From contig RHPI01003156.1 of assembly GCA_009103225.1 (NCBI GenBank), forward strand, positions 350,537 through 414,536: DNA of 64,000 bases. Reading direction: 5' to 3'. Positions within the stretch are counted from its first letter, which is position 1; every line of letters starts with the position of its first letter. Of this stretch, positions 1 through 12,148 are shown piece after piece. Source of the stretch: Chlorokybus atmophyticus (taxonomy: Eukaryota; Plantae; Mesostigma and Chlorokybus algae). Under the pieces are notes generated by a model. It had not been told where the DNA came from, searched no databases, and saw nothing but the letters and a program-made list of their open reading frames with translations. The position numbers were made by a program, and so were the translations under genes.

Positions 1-752
1 GAGTGATGGCAAAAGGAGCGTGCAAACCGCGTGCCGCAGGATGTGTTGCGACAATTCATTTCACCCAGGTTTTATGACTGCGATATGCATCTCGCCTTGG
101 CTGAGTTTGTAGTAAACAATGCATGGCAAGAGTCATTGCGCAGCACACGTTCTTTTTAAACTGTGGCATTCTGTGACGCCTATGTCTGCGCAAGTTTAGC
201 AAAGGGCCTACAGCTAAAGACTGTACAGAGCAGATGCACGCTGCATTGGCTAGTGCGAAAGACTGCCTAAAATCATCTCAGGATCGGCACAAAATGTATG
301 CTGGTCGGCAGCGCTGGCCTGGGGAAGGTTTGACGGTTGGGGACAAGGTGTTGTCAAGCACCAAGAATGTAAGGCTTAAGACCAATGGTGTACGCAAGCT
401 CCTGCCCAGGTGGCTTGAGCCGTTTATTGTCTTAGCATTTGTGGGAGCGCGGGCTTCTTAGCTTGGATTGCCAAAGAGCATGCGGGTCGACAATGTGTTT
501 CATGAGGCGCTGCTCAAAACCAACTAGAGTGATGGCAAAGTACAGCCACCTCCACCGCCTGTTAGGGTAGAGGGCGACCTTGAGTATGAGGTCGAGGCCA
601 CTGTTGGCAAACGCTTTAACAGTTCAGGAAGGGCTTTCACCATGAGTACTTGGTAAAATGGATGGGTTATGGTGAAGAGCATAACCTCTGAAAGCCAAAT
701 TCTAATTTAACAAATTGTACTGCTAAGTTCGAAGAGTTTGAGAGTCAGCTGA
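1..752 (+). pseudogene. Ty3/gypsy (chromovirus-type) integrase C-terminus plus chromodomain, degraded
   Basis: Translations give AEFVVNNAWQES, TVGDKVLSSTKN...KLLPRWLEPF...VDNVFH (GPF/Y-like region) and, after a frameshift, EYEVEATVGKR..YLVKWMGYGEEHN (chromodomain). Contains stops and frameshifts. Confidence 0.88.
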
Positions 753-992
753 AATCCACAGGTGCTATTTGAAAGCCCTTGTGCTCAATTGCAATATGCA
801 ACATTCTCTTTTGTAACATGCGCGCACTGTTACTTGGTTTTGTTTGGTTGCCACTCCCATGACTTGCACTTGTTTTACGCATTGTGTGCGGTGGTTCAAA
901 AGGGTTGGCCACCCTTGCTGGCAATTATCATGCGGGGCTTGTGCTCACTTAATTAATTTGCAACACGCAAGTTGCAACGCAAGTGGGAGGAA

Positions 993-1550
993 TGCCACGT
1001 CTAAAGGACTGGCTTATGTCATTCTCAGTTCCTAACTTTTGTGGTAAGTAAGAAGAACTAAGTGAGGATTCCGTATAGTCATCGTGTGTGTAGCACTTGC
1101 CATATGTGCTCATGAAGTCAGTGTTTATGTACTTGGTGCATAAGGACATAACAGCTACACATGACACTGTCTATCCTGTAAGTACAGAATTGGTCAGTGT
1201 CATGGCAGCAAGAGTGCTTCTTATGTTGATGTGTCTGAGAGTGGACAAAGTTAGCCTGTGTTGACAGGTCAGCGCATAGATGGCGAGATCTCATTAGCCT
1301 TGGACATCCTATGTGCCAGGTCGGAGAGCAGTAGGTAGTATCAAGGCGTGACTACCACCTTGAAGTGGCAATCAGTTGCTGGCCTTGCAGAGCTACTTGT
1401 GTGTGGGGTGCATGGGAGAAGCAGTTGAAGGGTGCTCTCCCAAGTAACTCCTTGTGGGGTGTTGCTTGTTGCAAGGTGTGCTGTAAGTTAAGCTGATTGT
1501 ACAAAAGTTTTTGACGCTCTCAGCAGGTACGTTGAGAGGTCAACGTAACA
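993..1550 (+). mobile_element. Probable 3' LTR of the chromovirus
   Basis: Follows the purine run GTGGGAGGAA (PPT-like). Starts TGCCACGT and ends ACGTAACA (TG...CA, imperfect terminal inverted repeat). Confidence 0.55.
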
Positions 1551-1554
1551 CCGC

Positions 1555-2355
1555 CCGACTATTTGGTCGCAACTTGCAGAGCTTGTTGTGAGCCTAAGTA
1601 GCCGGATCCATGCCACCATAGCGCTCTACAAGGAACTACAATAGTGCCTCCACTGTCTTGGCCGCACCATCCTCTGTCTGCGTCGCCCCCTCGGCGAGAG
1701 TGTTGGATGGCATGAGCAACTCAGCGATAGCAATGTGCTCACCAACTGGGCGCTTCAGTGCCGTCAAGTAGTGCTCAACAGTGACCACCCAGTTATGGAT
1801 GCTGACACTGCCATTGGGCTTAAACTTCTCAAGGTTAATCAATGCTGTAACCGGTAGCCCCGCTGATGCACCAGCTGCTGACGTAGCACCCGCCAACTGT
1901 TGGCGCAGCACCATCAACTTAAACTGCAATGCATCGAGGCGTGCCGCCAACTTCACTCGGCCAGTCAACTTGTCTTTTGAGTCCGGTCCCAAGTATATGA
2001 ACACATCCTTGCAACGTTGTGAGGTTTCAACCACCAAGTTGGCCAAAGCCTCAAACGCCATTCGCTTCCCATGGTAAGGGAGAGGCTTGTCACATACGGT
2101 TATGAGCGCAGCCACTTTGGGATCACCTCGCACGAGTGGTGAGATGTTGTTCGTGAATTTGTGCTCGAGCATGCGGATCACCGTCTCCTTGCTTGTGCGA
2201 GGGAGTGTGGCAAAATGTGTCTCGTAGCCATCACGAACGTTTTCTGCCCACTCATCCCACGTTTTCGGACGAAGCTGTAAGTTGGCATCAAGTAGAGCTT
2301 GACGCTCTTGGGCGTACACTTCGATGGCCCCGCCATCGACACTCTGGGTGTCCAC
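1555..2355 (-). pseudogene. Gypsy-type gag relic, truncated by the chromovirus insertion
   Basis: 239-aa ORF ending LEKFKPNGSVSIHNWVVTVEHYL...IAIAELLM, continuing past one stop as FLVERYGGMDPAT*AHNKLCKLRP. This resembles the start of a retrotransposon gag capsid domain. Confidence 0.6.
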
Positions 2356-2374
2356 ACTAGTCCACCTTGAGAAG

Positions 2375-3062
2375 TGTAACAGGCTGGACCCTTTGTTTCC
2401 ATGTTTTACTGCATATACAATATGTGTTTTGCCTTCTTTTGGGCTTTATAAAGGCTTTATGAAGGGCTTTTACAAGCTGTACAGGCGGTGCTCGGCTGCA
2501 GCGCGCGACTCCGCCTGCGACCTACTCAGTAGTAGCAGCTGCCTGCCGGTGACATGACCTACTGTGAGATAGCGGTGACGCAGCTGACTAGACTGCACGG
2601 TGCGGTATTTGCCATGACGCGAACTGCACAGTCAGCTACCGCTGCGCAGTACCTTGTGACGCGGAGTGCACAGTCAGCTGCCGCGTAAAAGGTACCCCGA
2701 CGCGGCAGTCGCCTGCACTTGTACAGGTCCTTGAGTTTTTGTAAATCATAAACAAAACGCCTGGTTATCAGGCTGCTTGGTTTTTGTGCTTGTATAAATA
2801 GAACCCCTGTTTAATACAACCAGCTTTGCTTTCTGCTCTCTGCTGTGAGTATGCTGGTGTGTACTTGAGAGAGGCGTGATCCAAGGCACATTGCTGCATT
2901 CTTGCTTGGTGTGGGAAGTAGTAGTGTTCGTGTGCGTGTGGGCGCTCGACGCATGCGTGCGTGCGCGTGAGAAGGCAGGGTTCCCGTGTGAACACTGTGC
3001 TCAGCTGCATTCATGTGCTGTATGACTTGTGTGCTGTGTACGTGAGCACGAGCATCGTTACA
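2375..3062. mobile_element. Solo LTR
   Basis: TGTAAC...GTTACA perfect 6-bp terminal inverted repeat; flanks AGAAG / GGAAG (5-bp TSD, 1 mismatch). Confidence 0.7.
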
Positions 3063-5754
3063 GGAAGAGTGGTTAAGAGAAGCATCGCTCCTCTGCGTGG
3101 CTTTGTCTTCCTTGTCAGTGCCAATAAGCTTATAGCTTTTACTCGTGTTCGAGTCCTTCACTTCCTCATCATTAAATGGCTGGTATGATGTTGACTTCTC
3201 AGCCATGGAAGAATACCCCACACCTTCTTCTCCTTGGTCAGACATCTGCCAAGGATGCAAGCCGTCAATAATAGAATTATTCAAGTGCATCAACACGCAA
3301 GTTGTGCACTTTAAAAGTGTTGCAATCTGCAAATTTCGCCGTGTTAAGTTTTAAGTGCTTGATATAAAGCATTTAGCTCACACAACAGCTCTCCACACAC
3401 CTCTCAACTAGATACTTGCTTTCTAAAGAACCGCACGTGTTTCCACGCAACGATTCACAAGCTATAACGACTTAATGTGTTCACTTTGTACAACTCAGCT
3501 CAATTCACAATTGCAATTGATACACAAGGTGCTAAAATCTTGTTGAATCATTCCTACAGGCCGATATCGACAAATTGTGAGTAGTGAGTTTTATATCGGC
3601 CGCTTAAAATGAGTATGGCAGCCTCACCGCACTGACTGGCGATAAAAACAGCTAATGTTCCACCGAACAGCCCCTAAAGGGTTGCAAGTGTGTACTCAAC
3701 CACAATCCTTTGACACCACCACAAGTCCACGTGGTGGCAAGCACATATAAGTGAAATACAATGTGATTATCACTATGTAATATGCTCAGATGCAATGCTT
3801 TTGGGAGGGGCCTGAATGACCGCCTCCCTTCACACAATAGCAAGCTAGGCTAGGCCAAGGCAACTAGGCTACGCTAAGCTAGGCTAAGCAAGCAAGTAAG
3901 CAAGGCTAAGCTACACCAGCAGCAGCATATATACACAACAACAACAACAACATCAATCAACACCACTACCTACCCTAACTTATGGGTAGCAACGCTAACG
4001 CCGCCGCCGCCACTGTGCGTCTATAGCCGCTACTTGGCGCTGCCACCTCTGCGCCGCCAGATCCGCCGCCACCGCCCACAAGCCCCTCGCCGCCTTTGCT
4101 CTCGATATGATACCAATGTAAGGAGAGGGGGTGCTACCCCCTTCCTTTAGTCCCCTACCCCTACATCACCACCAACCACGCCAACCACACCGTCGCCGCC
4201 AGAGCAGTATATCCCCTGGCTATGGCGGCCGCTGCGTTGGCGGCCGTTGCGTTAGCAGGGCCGTCATGCAGCTGATGTCGGCATGAGACTCATGCTATAT
4301 ATCAATATCAGTGTTACATATAAGTAACCCTACAGAAGCCTTAATACTAGATTGACGGCCCTAATATCGCTTAATTGGCTGTATGTATCCGTTGGGACCC
4401 TTATTACTCTTAAATAAGGCTGGGGAACCTCAATGGGTAGCACTCCGTTACAGGGAAGGCTGTATTGATTAAAGTCTGTATGGCGCACCAACCGTGGTGC
4501 ACGCCACCGCGCTACAGCTAGCTGCTATGTATATAAACAAATACATTTTATGGTTGGGAAGGTTCAAGCGTTCAACATGGTGTGTACAATTAGTTGCTAA
4601 GGACGGCATGGAAGTGCCGTAACCAATGGTGACAAATAAGGACTGCGAACCATATTTGCTTTTCACGAAACCACGCCGGACGTAATTTTAGTTGACGGGC
4701 TTCCACTACCCGATACTCAACCCAAGTGCGGACGACAGCGCCATACTTGCTTGAAAATGATGTTTTGCAACAATCCCATAGCTTAAGTTGTTGCAAGCTG
4801 CGCATTGTGAGTTATGCGAGTCACGCGGCTACGTGTCACACGAACTCGTAATATCGCGCGTGCTTATTGTCCGCTGTGCACACATGATCACGAGGGAATG
4901 CACATGATGTGTGTGCAATGCGTGCTATGCGTGTGCTCAAGCACGAGGGCTGGCCCAAGCCCTTAATATGTTTTGTTATGGTATGCAAGGACATACCTTA
5001 CACCAATCATCACCTGCAGTGGACACGCCACGGTAAGCAAGTTGCCATGCGGGCATGTGGGCATTACGTACATGTGCGCCTCATCATGCAACACGCATTG
5101 CATATCACTATATTGTATAGATACAACCCGCACGCACCATTTGTAAACGAACACGACCACCCGAATCTCAATAGCCCCATGTACTTGTAAAGGTATGATG
5201 ATCGTTGTATTATCGTACATCCCCAACCATGCACACCTAACTGAACATTTGATAACCATACAAATGTGAACCCTGTATCCCCATTACAATGCAATTTTGT
5301 ATTGAGAATCCTGTTGTACTGACTCGTGAGTGACGATTGTCACGATTGTCACTTTTTCCATGTAACGGCGGCCTCTCAAACGATCAATATTTTATCGATC
5401 GATAGCTATCTGACCAGAGCTTTGGGCCGAGGGCCTTGGCACTGCCAAGTTGGCAGGTTGCATGCACACGAGACTCATCAGGTGCCTGCCATCGCATCCG
5501 AATCCGTCCTCCAAGTTTTTCGGCATCCTCAAAAAATCCTACCCGAGCAGAAGCTTTTGCTCGGGTAGACTTTGTTGAGGCAGAAGATTGTCGCCTGGCT
5601 CGCGCCTCATTACCTTGCAGCGACACACCTTGTTTCATTTCATGGCTTGGCTTGTTGGTGCGTTCCACATGCTGCGACATAGGCCTAGTTGCAGGTCGCT
5701 TGCAACTACCGGCACCACAAAGTGTTGTTACTGGCGGCGGCGTTGGTGGGCAGG

Positions 5755-6901
5755 ATGGCGAGGGTGTTGGTGTTGTCGGTGGCGCTGGCTTCGTGCCTTG
5801 CTGTCGCAGTGGCGACGACGCCCGCCTTGCAGACTATAACGAACATTGTGCGGGACACCAAGAAGTGCGATTACCCCCGCTGCGGCGGATATGTCATCAG
5901 CCCAGTAAGCTTGCAGTTGTTGTCAGCTTCTTGAATCAGACTGTCGCACGCGTCAATACAAATGCCACACAAAGGTGCCTGCACTCAACTGGCTTGCTAG
6001 TCTCCCATGAACATGCACAGCCTGTGCCGAGACTGTGGCGCTCAAACACTTGCATTCCATGCATCGCACAAGGTACTCAGTGGCCTCAAGCGCCAGTATC
6101 AGCCCATGTGGTCCAGCACAACCTTATTCTTATGTGATCCCTCGTCAGGTGAACATTCAGACGTTTGCCGCGACGTATGTGGCAAAGATTGAGTCCGCAT
6201 CCGGCAACACCGCCGACGAGGACAGACTGCAGAAGGCGCTGGACAGCGCAGCACCTGGGCAGCTCACCCTTAAGGGTTTCACCATGCCAGAGTGCTACTG
6301 CCGGAGCTCTCCATGCAGCACCCAAACCAGTACCTGCCAGCAGACCATTGAGGTGTTCCAGGTGGTGCAGGTTTACCTGGGCCTGCCAGGGGTGAAGCCC
6401 ACATCCCACACATTCTATGTGGTGGAGGAGACGGCCAACGGACTTGTGGCCATTGTGCTAAACAGCGGGACCACACACAGAGTTATTAGTCTCTCCTTTG
6501 CGCCCATCAAGCGCGTGGGGTTGACTCTCCTGGACTACACCTGGCTGCAGAACCGCGTGCTCAAGCGCGGGGCAGTGGTGACGGGCTCGATTGTTAGCGG
6601 TTCAGATGTCCTCGCCATTGACCAGGAGTTCATCCCTGTGCCGGACCGCGACGTCCCGTGCCGCTCCGGCCCCAGGATCGACTGCATCCGCGGCAGCAAC
6701 CAGCTCGTGTTCCGACGCACACCCTTCCGGTGCATTGTCGAGACCGGCTGCGTGCCTGAACCCAACTGCACCCTCGCCGTCTCGGACTGCTCCCCCGGCT
6801 ATCGTCTCGCCGGATGGGCCTCCAAGAAGAACAACGGCTGCCCCGAGTACAGATGCGACCCCACGTTCGTGCCTCCTGCTACTGCCGGTATACATGACTG
6901 A
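5755..6901 (+). CDS. Secreted cysteine-rich protein, paralogue A (300 aa; exons 5755-5904, 6149-6901); DUF6748-like from memory
   Basis: Signal-peptide-like MARVLVLSVALASCLAVAVA; phase-0 intron GTAAGC(5905)...TCAG(6148) joins KKCDYPRCGGYVISP|VNIQTF; 14 Cys in the mature part; GC-rich codon usage; intron position identical in paralogue B. Confidence 0.9.
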
Positions 6902-9287
6902 GGTGTCTTTCTCTTCCCTAAACAGAAGAAGTTTCTACCCCCAATATCAGGTGATTCCTTGACAAGACTTCTCTGACACGAGCATGCTTGTTATAGCGCA
7001 TGCGTGTGCTCTTGAGGATCTGTTTGTTGTTTGGACACTACAAGAATAGGAGATGAGTACATTGCGCAGATTGTATACATATCCCAGGTCTGAGCATGTA
7101 ATCGAGTAAGAGCTTGTGCAAAGGGCAAGACCGCAATAGTGCTGGCCTTCGGCTGTTATTGCTCCTATTTAGCCAGGAGTTACCGCATGGATAATTAGCC
7201 TGGTATGTGGCAGTACATTCTCCATCACTCTGATGCATTCTATGGCAACTGGAATGCAAGTATCTGCTGCAGAACATGGAGGTTGTAACGACTATGACCA
7301 TGACCATGACCATCATATTGTCCCTCTGGTGTGCCGTCATGGCTGTCCAATTAGTAACTGAGCTGGTGTGCACGCGACAGGTGATTGCCGAGTGCAAGGC
7401 AAACGACACACCTGCATGCCGCATGCACGTTGCGCGGTTGCAGCAAGCTGCGCATGAGCTTGCGGGTGATGCAAACAGCTCCTTACATGCCAGGGAAGGG
7501 GGGAGGGCTGAAGCATGTGCGCTGACAGTCTGCACATGCGCATGTGTATGAGCGCGGGTGGTGGGAGCGTGTTGGGTTGCCAAGTTCACGCATGCACGTG
7601 TGCAAGCGCGCGCGCACACTAGCGTTATGTGCATGCATGTGCCACGCGCACGAAGTGTGTGCGCGCATGAACGCACATACACATGTGCGCATTCGGGCGC
7701 GTCGTGCATGTGGCACGGTGCAGTGCCTGCATTCTTGTCTCTTTGCGTTAACTTGGCATTGTACTAAACGGCAGAGGTGCCATATAAGGGGGTTGTGAGA
7801 GGTCTTCCTACTGTCAGCGAGTCAAGATCTAAATAAATTATGAGTGTACCAAGTGCTTACGAGCTGGCACAAGTCTTTGGGTATGCAGCAGGTGACACAT
7901 GCATGTGGCCATTGGTACCCCACAAGCAAACATTCCTTACGCGTGCACACAGGACACCAGGTTACAAGTAAGACATTGCCATTGTGTACCAAGGCTGGTG
8001 CGCAGCTGCCTACTCATGCATGCACTCGCATGCAGATACGCTTGTCTGCATGCGTATCTGCATGTGAGCGCATACAGTCAATGCTGCACGTGTGAGTGTA
8101 CGCGCGGGCATACGCGTCCGCAGGCATGTGCAAGCGTAAGTATTTGTATATAGTATAGTATGCAAGGATTGTGGCATGAGAATGTAGCAAACATGCATGC
8201 AGTCCGCACACTACACCATCGCACTCTTATATTCACCACCGGGATGTCCAAGTTCACTACTTATCCACCTTCACTACTGCCTATACCCAGTGCAACACAT
8301 ATGCATGCACGTGTAACATTACCTGCACAACAACACGACCAGGGCAGCGTTAACAACGGTAGTCAGCAGATGTAGCGGTGCAGCAGTAGCAATGCAGTAA
8401 GCAGCCAGCCCATGAATTCCCTTCCCCTCCCTCTCCCTTCCTCCTTCCTACGTGTGTGCACGCACTCGCACATGCACACAACCATGCGCGTGTATGTGCA
8501 TGTGTGCCAGCAAATATGGCGAGGCTGCATGTACACGACCTCACATAAACCCAGCCTCACCAGTATGTGCGCATGCGCAATAGTAATAACCATGCGTGTG
8601 GCGTATAAACAGTGCATGAATGGCAACCGTTGCTATTGTTATGCACACATGCGACATGTGTGCGTAAGCATGCGCAGCTTTGCAACGCCCATTCAAGAGT
8701 GACGACACAGGACTGAACTCCGCAGATTGAAGTGAACGGTCTGTGGCAATGGCAGTCAATGCAGCCGATCCGCCCTGGGATTCAGTGAGTACAGGTTGAT
8801 CTGGAGTCAAGGTGAGACAGCAGCAAGATGATTGCAGCAAGGTGAAAGTCAGAGGTAAGCTTGGTTGAAACCTCCCTGTACTGCAGCAAGTACTACTGCG
8901 CAAGGGCTGGCTGCTGGCGTACATTGGCAGCTGCTGACAGCTTGCTTTACTTCCTTGATGGTGCGCATGTATCCTTCATGCAAACGGGCCTGTAGCCCAG
9001 AGGCCAGCACTGTTGTTGCGCTCTTGCCCACTGCGCAAGCCTCTGCTCAGTAGCCTGTCTAGTGCACAGGCCTGGGTGTGTATGTAACCTTAGTCCATGC
9101 CAACGCTCTCCACAAGTGTTATCCGACACTCACAGCCATCCACAATCAAAGTAGTATACACACTAAACACGAAAAACCGAATACCTTGAGAGTACATGTG
9201 TGCACTATACAAAGCATGCTACTCTCAAGGTGAGTTGCCTGATACCAAGGCAGAGTTAACAACTCAGGGGAGAAGGGAAATGGCTCA

Positions 9288-10396
9288 TTACGTGAGGGTA
9301 GCGGGAGGCACAAATTCGGGGTCGCATCTATACTCGGGGCAGCCATTGCTGGCCTTTGAGGGCCAACCGGAGAGGCGGTAGCCGGAGGAGCAGGCCGGGA
9401 TAGCGAAGCTGCAGATAGGATTAGGCACGCATCCGGTCTCGACAAAGCACCGGAAGGGTGTGCGCCGGTACGTGAGCCTATAGCCCTGTACGCAGTCGAT
9501 GGCAGGGCCGGACCTGCACGGCACGTCGCGGTCCGGCACGGGGATGAACTCCTGGTTGATGGCGAGGACACCTGAACTGCTGATGGATCCTGTCACCACC
9601 GCCCCACGCTTGAGCAAGCGGTTCTCCAGCCAGGTGTAGTCCAGGAGAGTCAGCCCCACCTTCTTGACGGGCGCATAGGACAGCTTGGACACCTTGTACG
9701 TGGACCCAGTGTTCAGCTTGGTGGCCACGAGTCCATTGACCGTCTCGTCCACAATGTAGAACGCGTTGGATGTGGGCGACACCCCGGGCAGGCCCAGGTA
9801 CACCTGCACCACCTTGAACACCTCGATGGTCTGCTGGCAGGTACTGGGATCTGCGCTGCATGAAGAGCCCTGGCAGTAGCACTCGGGGACGGTGAAACCC
9901 TTGAGGGTGAGCTGCCCAGGTGCGGCGCTGTCCAGCGCCTTCTGCAGCCTGTCCTCGTCGGCGGTGTTGCCTGATGCGGACTCAATTTTGGCTACATACG
10001 TGGCGGAAAACGTCTGGACATTCACCTAACGGAGGATGAGAAGGAAATAAGGTCGTGTTGGATCACATGGACTGATACTGGCGCTGAGCAGGCCACTGAG
10101 ACACTTGTGCAATGCATGGAGTGTAATTGTGTGAGGGGCTCTGTGCACGGTCAAGGGACAGGGGCAATCGAAGTGAGTGCAGGTGGTTTGCGTGGCATGT
10201 GTGCAAGTGCATGCCAAGGTTTGGTGAGAAACAACTGCAAGCTTACTGGGCTGATGAAGTAACCGCCGCAGAGGGGATAAGCGCACTTCCTGGTGTCCCG
10301 CACAATGTCCGTAACAGTCTGCATAGCGGGCGTCGCTGCCACTGCGACAACAAGGCACAAAGCCAACGCCACCGATAATACCAACGCCCTCGCCAT
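9288..10396 (-). CDS. Secreted cysteine-rich protein, paralogue B (295 aa; exons 10396-10247, 10025-9288)
   Basis: MARALVLSVALALCLVVAVA signal peptide; GTAAGC...TTAG phase-0 intron joins RKCAYPLCGGYFISP|VNVQTF; all 14 Cys align with paralogue A; roughly three-quarters amino-acid identity by eye. Confidence 0.9.
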
Positions 10397-11937
10397 CCTG
10401 CCCAGCAACGCCGCCGCCGTTGCTAACCACTGCAACGACAATGTATGTTGCCCAAAGTGACGCAAGCTCGCGTGCAGTGAGCGAATCCCGTGAAAAGAAA
10501 ACCGTGATCGCAGCATCTTGAAGGTGAATTAGCCAACCCGTGTCAAAAAATAAAAGGTTGTATCATTAGAACGTGATGGGGCGCCTGGCTTTCAGCTTCC
10601 CTTCAACAAATAGCCATTTCTTGCAGAGCAGTGGGATCCTACAGATGCTGAAAACTTGCTTGGAGAGGGGCCAGACGGCGGCGGCAAGCCTTTATCCTTC
10701 ATCGCAAGCAAAATGTACAATTTTTACTTTTAACTTTAAGTGATACCGTCAAGCATCACACCTGGTTTATCCACCTGATGCGTTAATGGGAAACCCTCGG
10801 GCTCACCGACTGTATCCACCGGATGCGCTTCATGCGCATGCAACCAGGCACGACTCTCAGCGGGGTATGCTAGGCTAGGCCTAACTGGTAGCAGCGGCGC
10901 TGATGGAACTCGCCTTCATGAATCTGATGCATGCCCTGACTTCCTGCTCACGTTGTCAAGCCAAAAGTGGCGTCAAGCACGTTAATCGCTAATCAGATCC
11001 GTAGTACGGTAGTGCTGAAACTCGTGTCGGCTTCTTTGAGCCAACACGCACGTGACGCAATGACCCAACAGCAGTGCGCCGTCGAGACACTGCGTGTCAC
11101 GAATGGGTTGCTTGGTGCAGTGGTAGCGGTGCAATCGTTGGGGCTTTGGCGAAAGTTGCATGCCTCCGGGTGCAACTGGCGATTGATGGCGAAACCCTGG
11201 CAAAAGACATGCATCACATTTTATGCTAAACCATTGGTTGCCCAATGACTTTCAACACATGGAAAAGCTTCTTGATGTGTATGAAACACTTAAATGACAC
11301 TTTAATCTTGAATAAAGTGCTGTTGTAATCAACATTCAGTATATACAAGGTTTATGTAACGTTGTTATATACACATTACTATAAACTATATGCGCATGAT
11401 ATTGATTAACGCACGCACTGTGATGAGACGGGGATTTAATATTGTTGTAATAAGACTATAATTAGTCATGCAATCGTTAATATCTTTTAACAATCACACC
11501 GCTTGAACACAAACATTTGAGCTATTTTATTGTAAAATTCTCCGCCAATTGCCGCAATTTTAGCGAAAATTGGCAGGTTTTGCCAATCACCAGAATGGGA
11601 CCCCTTTAATGAAACTTGACGAAACCACTACTGGCAAAACTTGCGAGAATCACCGCCATCACTGGCTTGGGGTGACCAATGCTTGGTGATGTTGAGGTGT
11701 TTACATGCTCAACACACCCATCCAATTGAATTGCCGGGGGGATAGGTCCCTCATTTGATAACGACCACGATACAAAGAACCGGGTATTGCATACAACCAT
11801 GGTCACAATCTACATAATTGTATGCAAGCTACAAACCATTTTGAATACGTTCATACATAACTTTTTGTGTAGACACAAAAAATAATTTTCATACTAGCAT
11901 GTGATGTGGGCGACTACGAGAGGGGAAGAAGGGGGGG

Positions 11938-12148
11938 NNNNNNNNNNNNNNNNNNNNNNNNNNNNNNNNNNNNNNNNNNNNNNNNNNNNNNNNNNNNNNN
12001 NNNNNNNNNNNNNNNNNNNNNNNNNNNNNNNNNNNNNNNNNNNNNNNNNNNNNNNNNNNNNNNNNNNNNNNNNNNNNNNNNNNNNNNNNNNNNNNNNNNN
12101 NNNNNNNNNNNNNNNNNNNNNNNNNNNNNNNNNNNNNNNNNNNNNNNN
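11938..12148. other. Assembly gap (211 N) flanked by poly-G runs
   Basis: Run of N with G7 on the left and G10 on the right. Confidence 0.99.

Noticed and set aside
5436-6137. 233-aa + strand ORF
   Set aside because: Alternative frame across exon 1 and the intron of paralogue A, non-ATG start, no motifs.
7038-7709. 223-aa minus-strand ORF and the many H/C/A/T-rich ORFs nearby
   Set aside because: By-products of stop-poor RY low-complexity DNA.
7276-9060. Possible extra + strand exons between the paralogues (e.g. VIAECKANDTPAC..., KYYCARAGCW...)
   Set aside because: No consistent spliced ORF or recognisable domain could be built.
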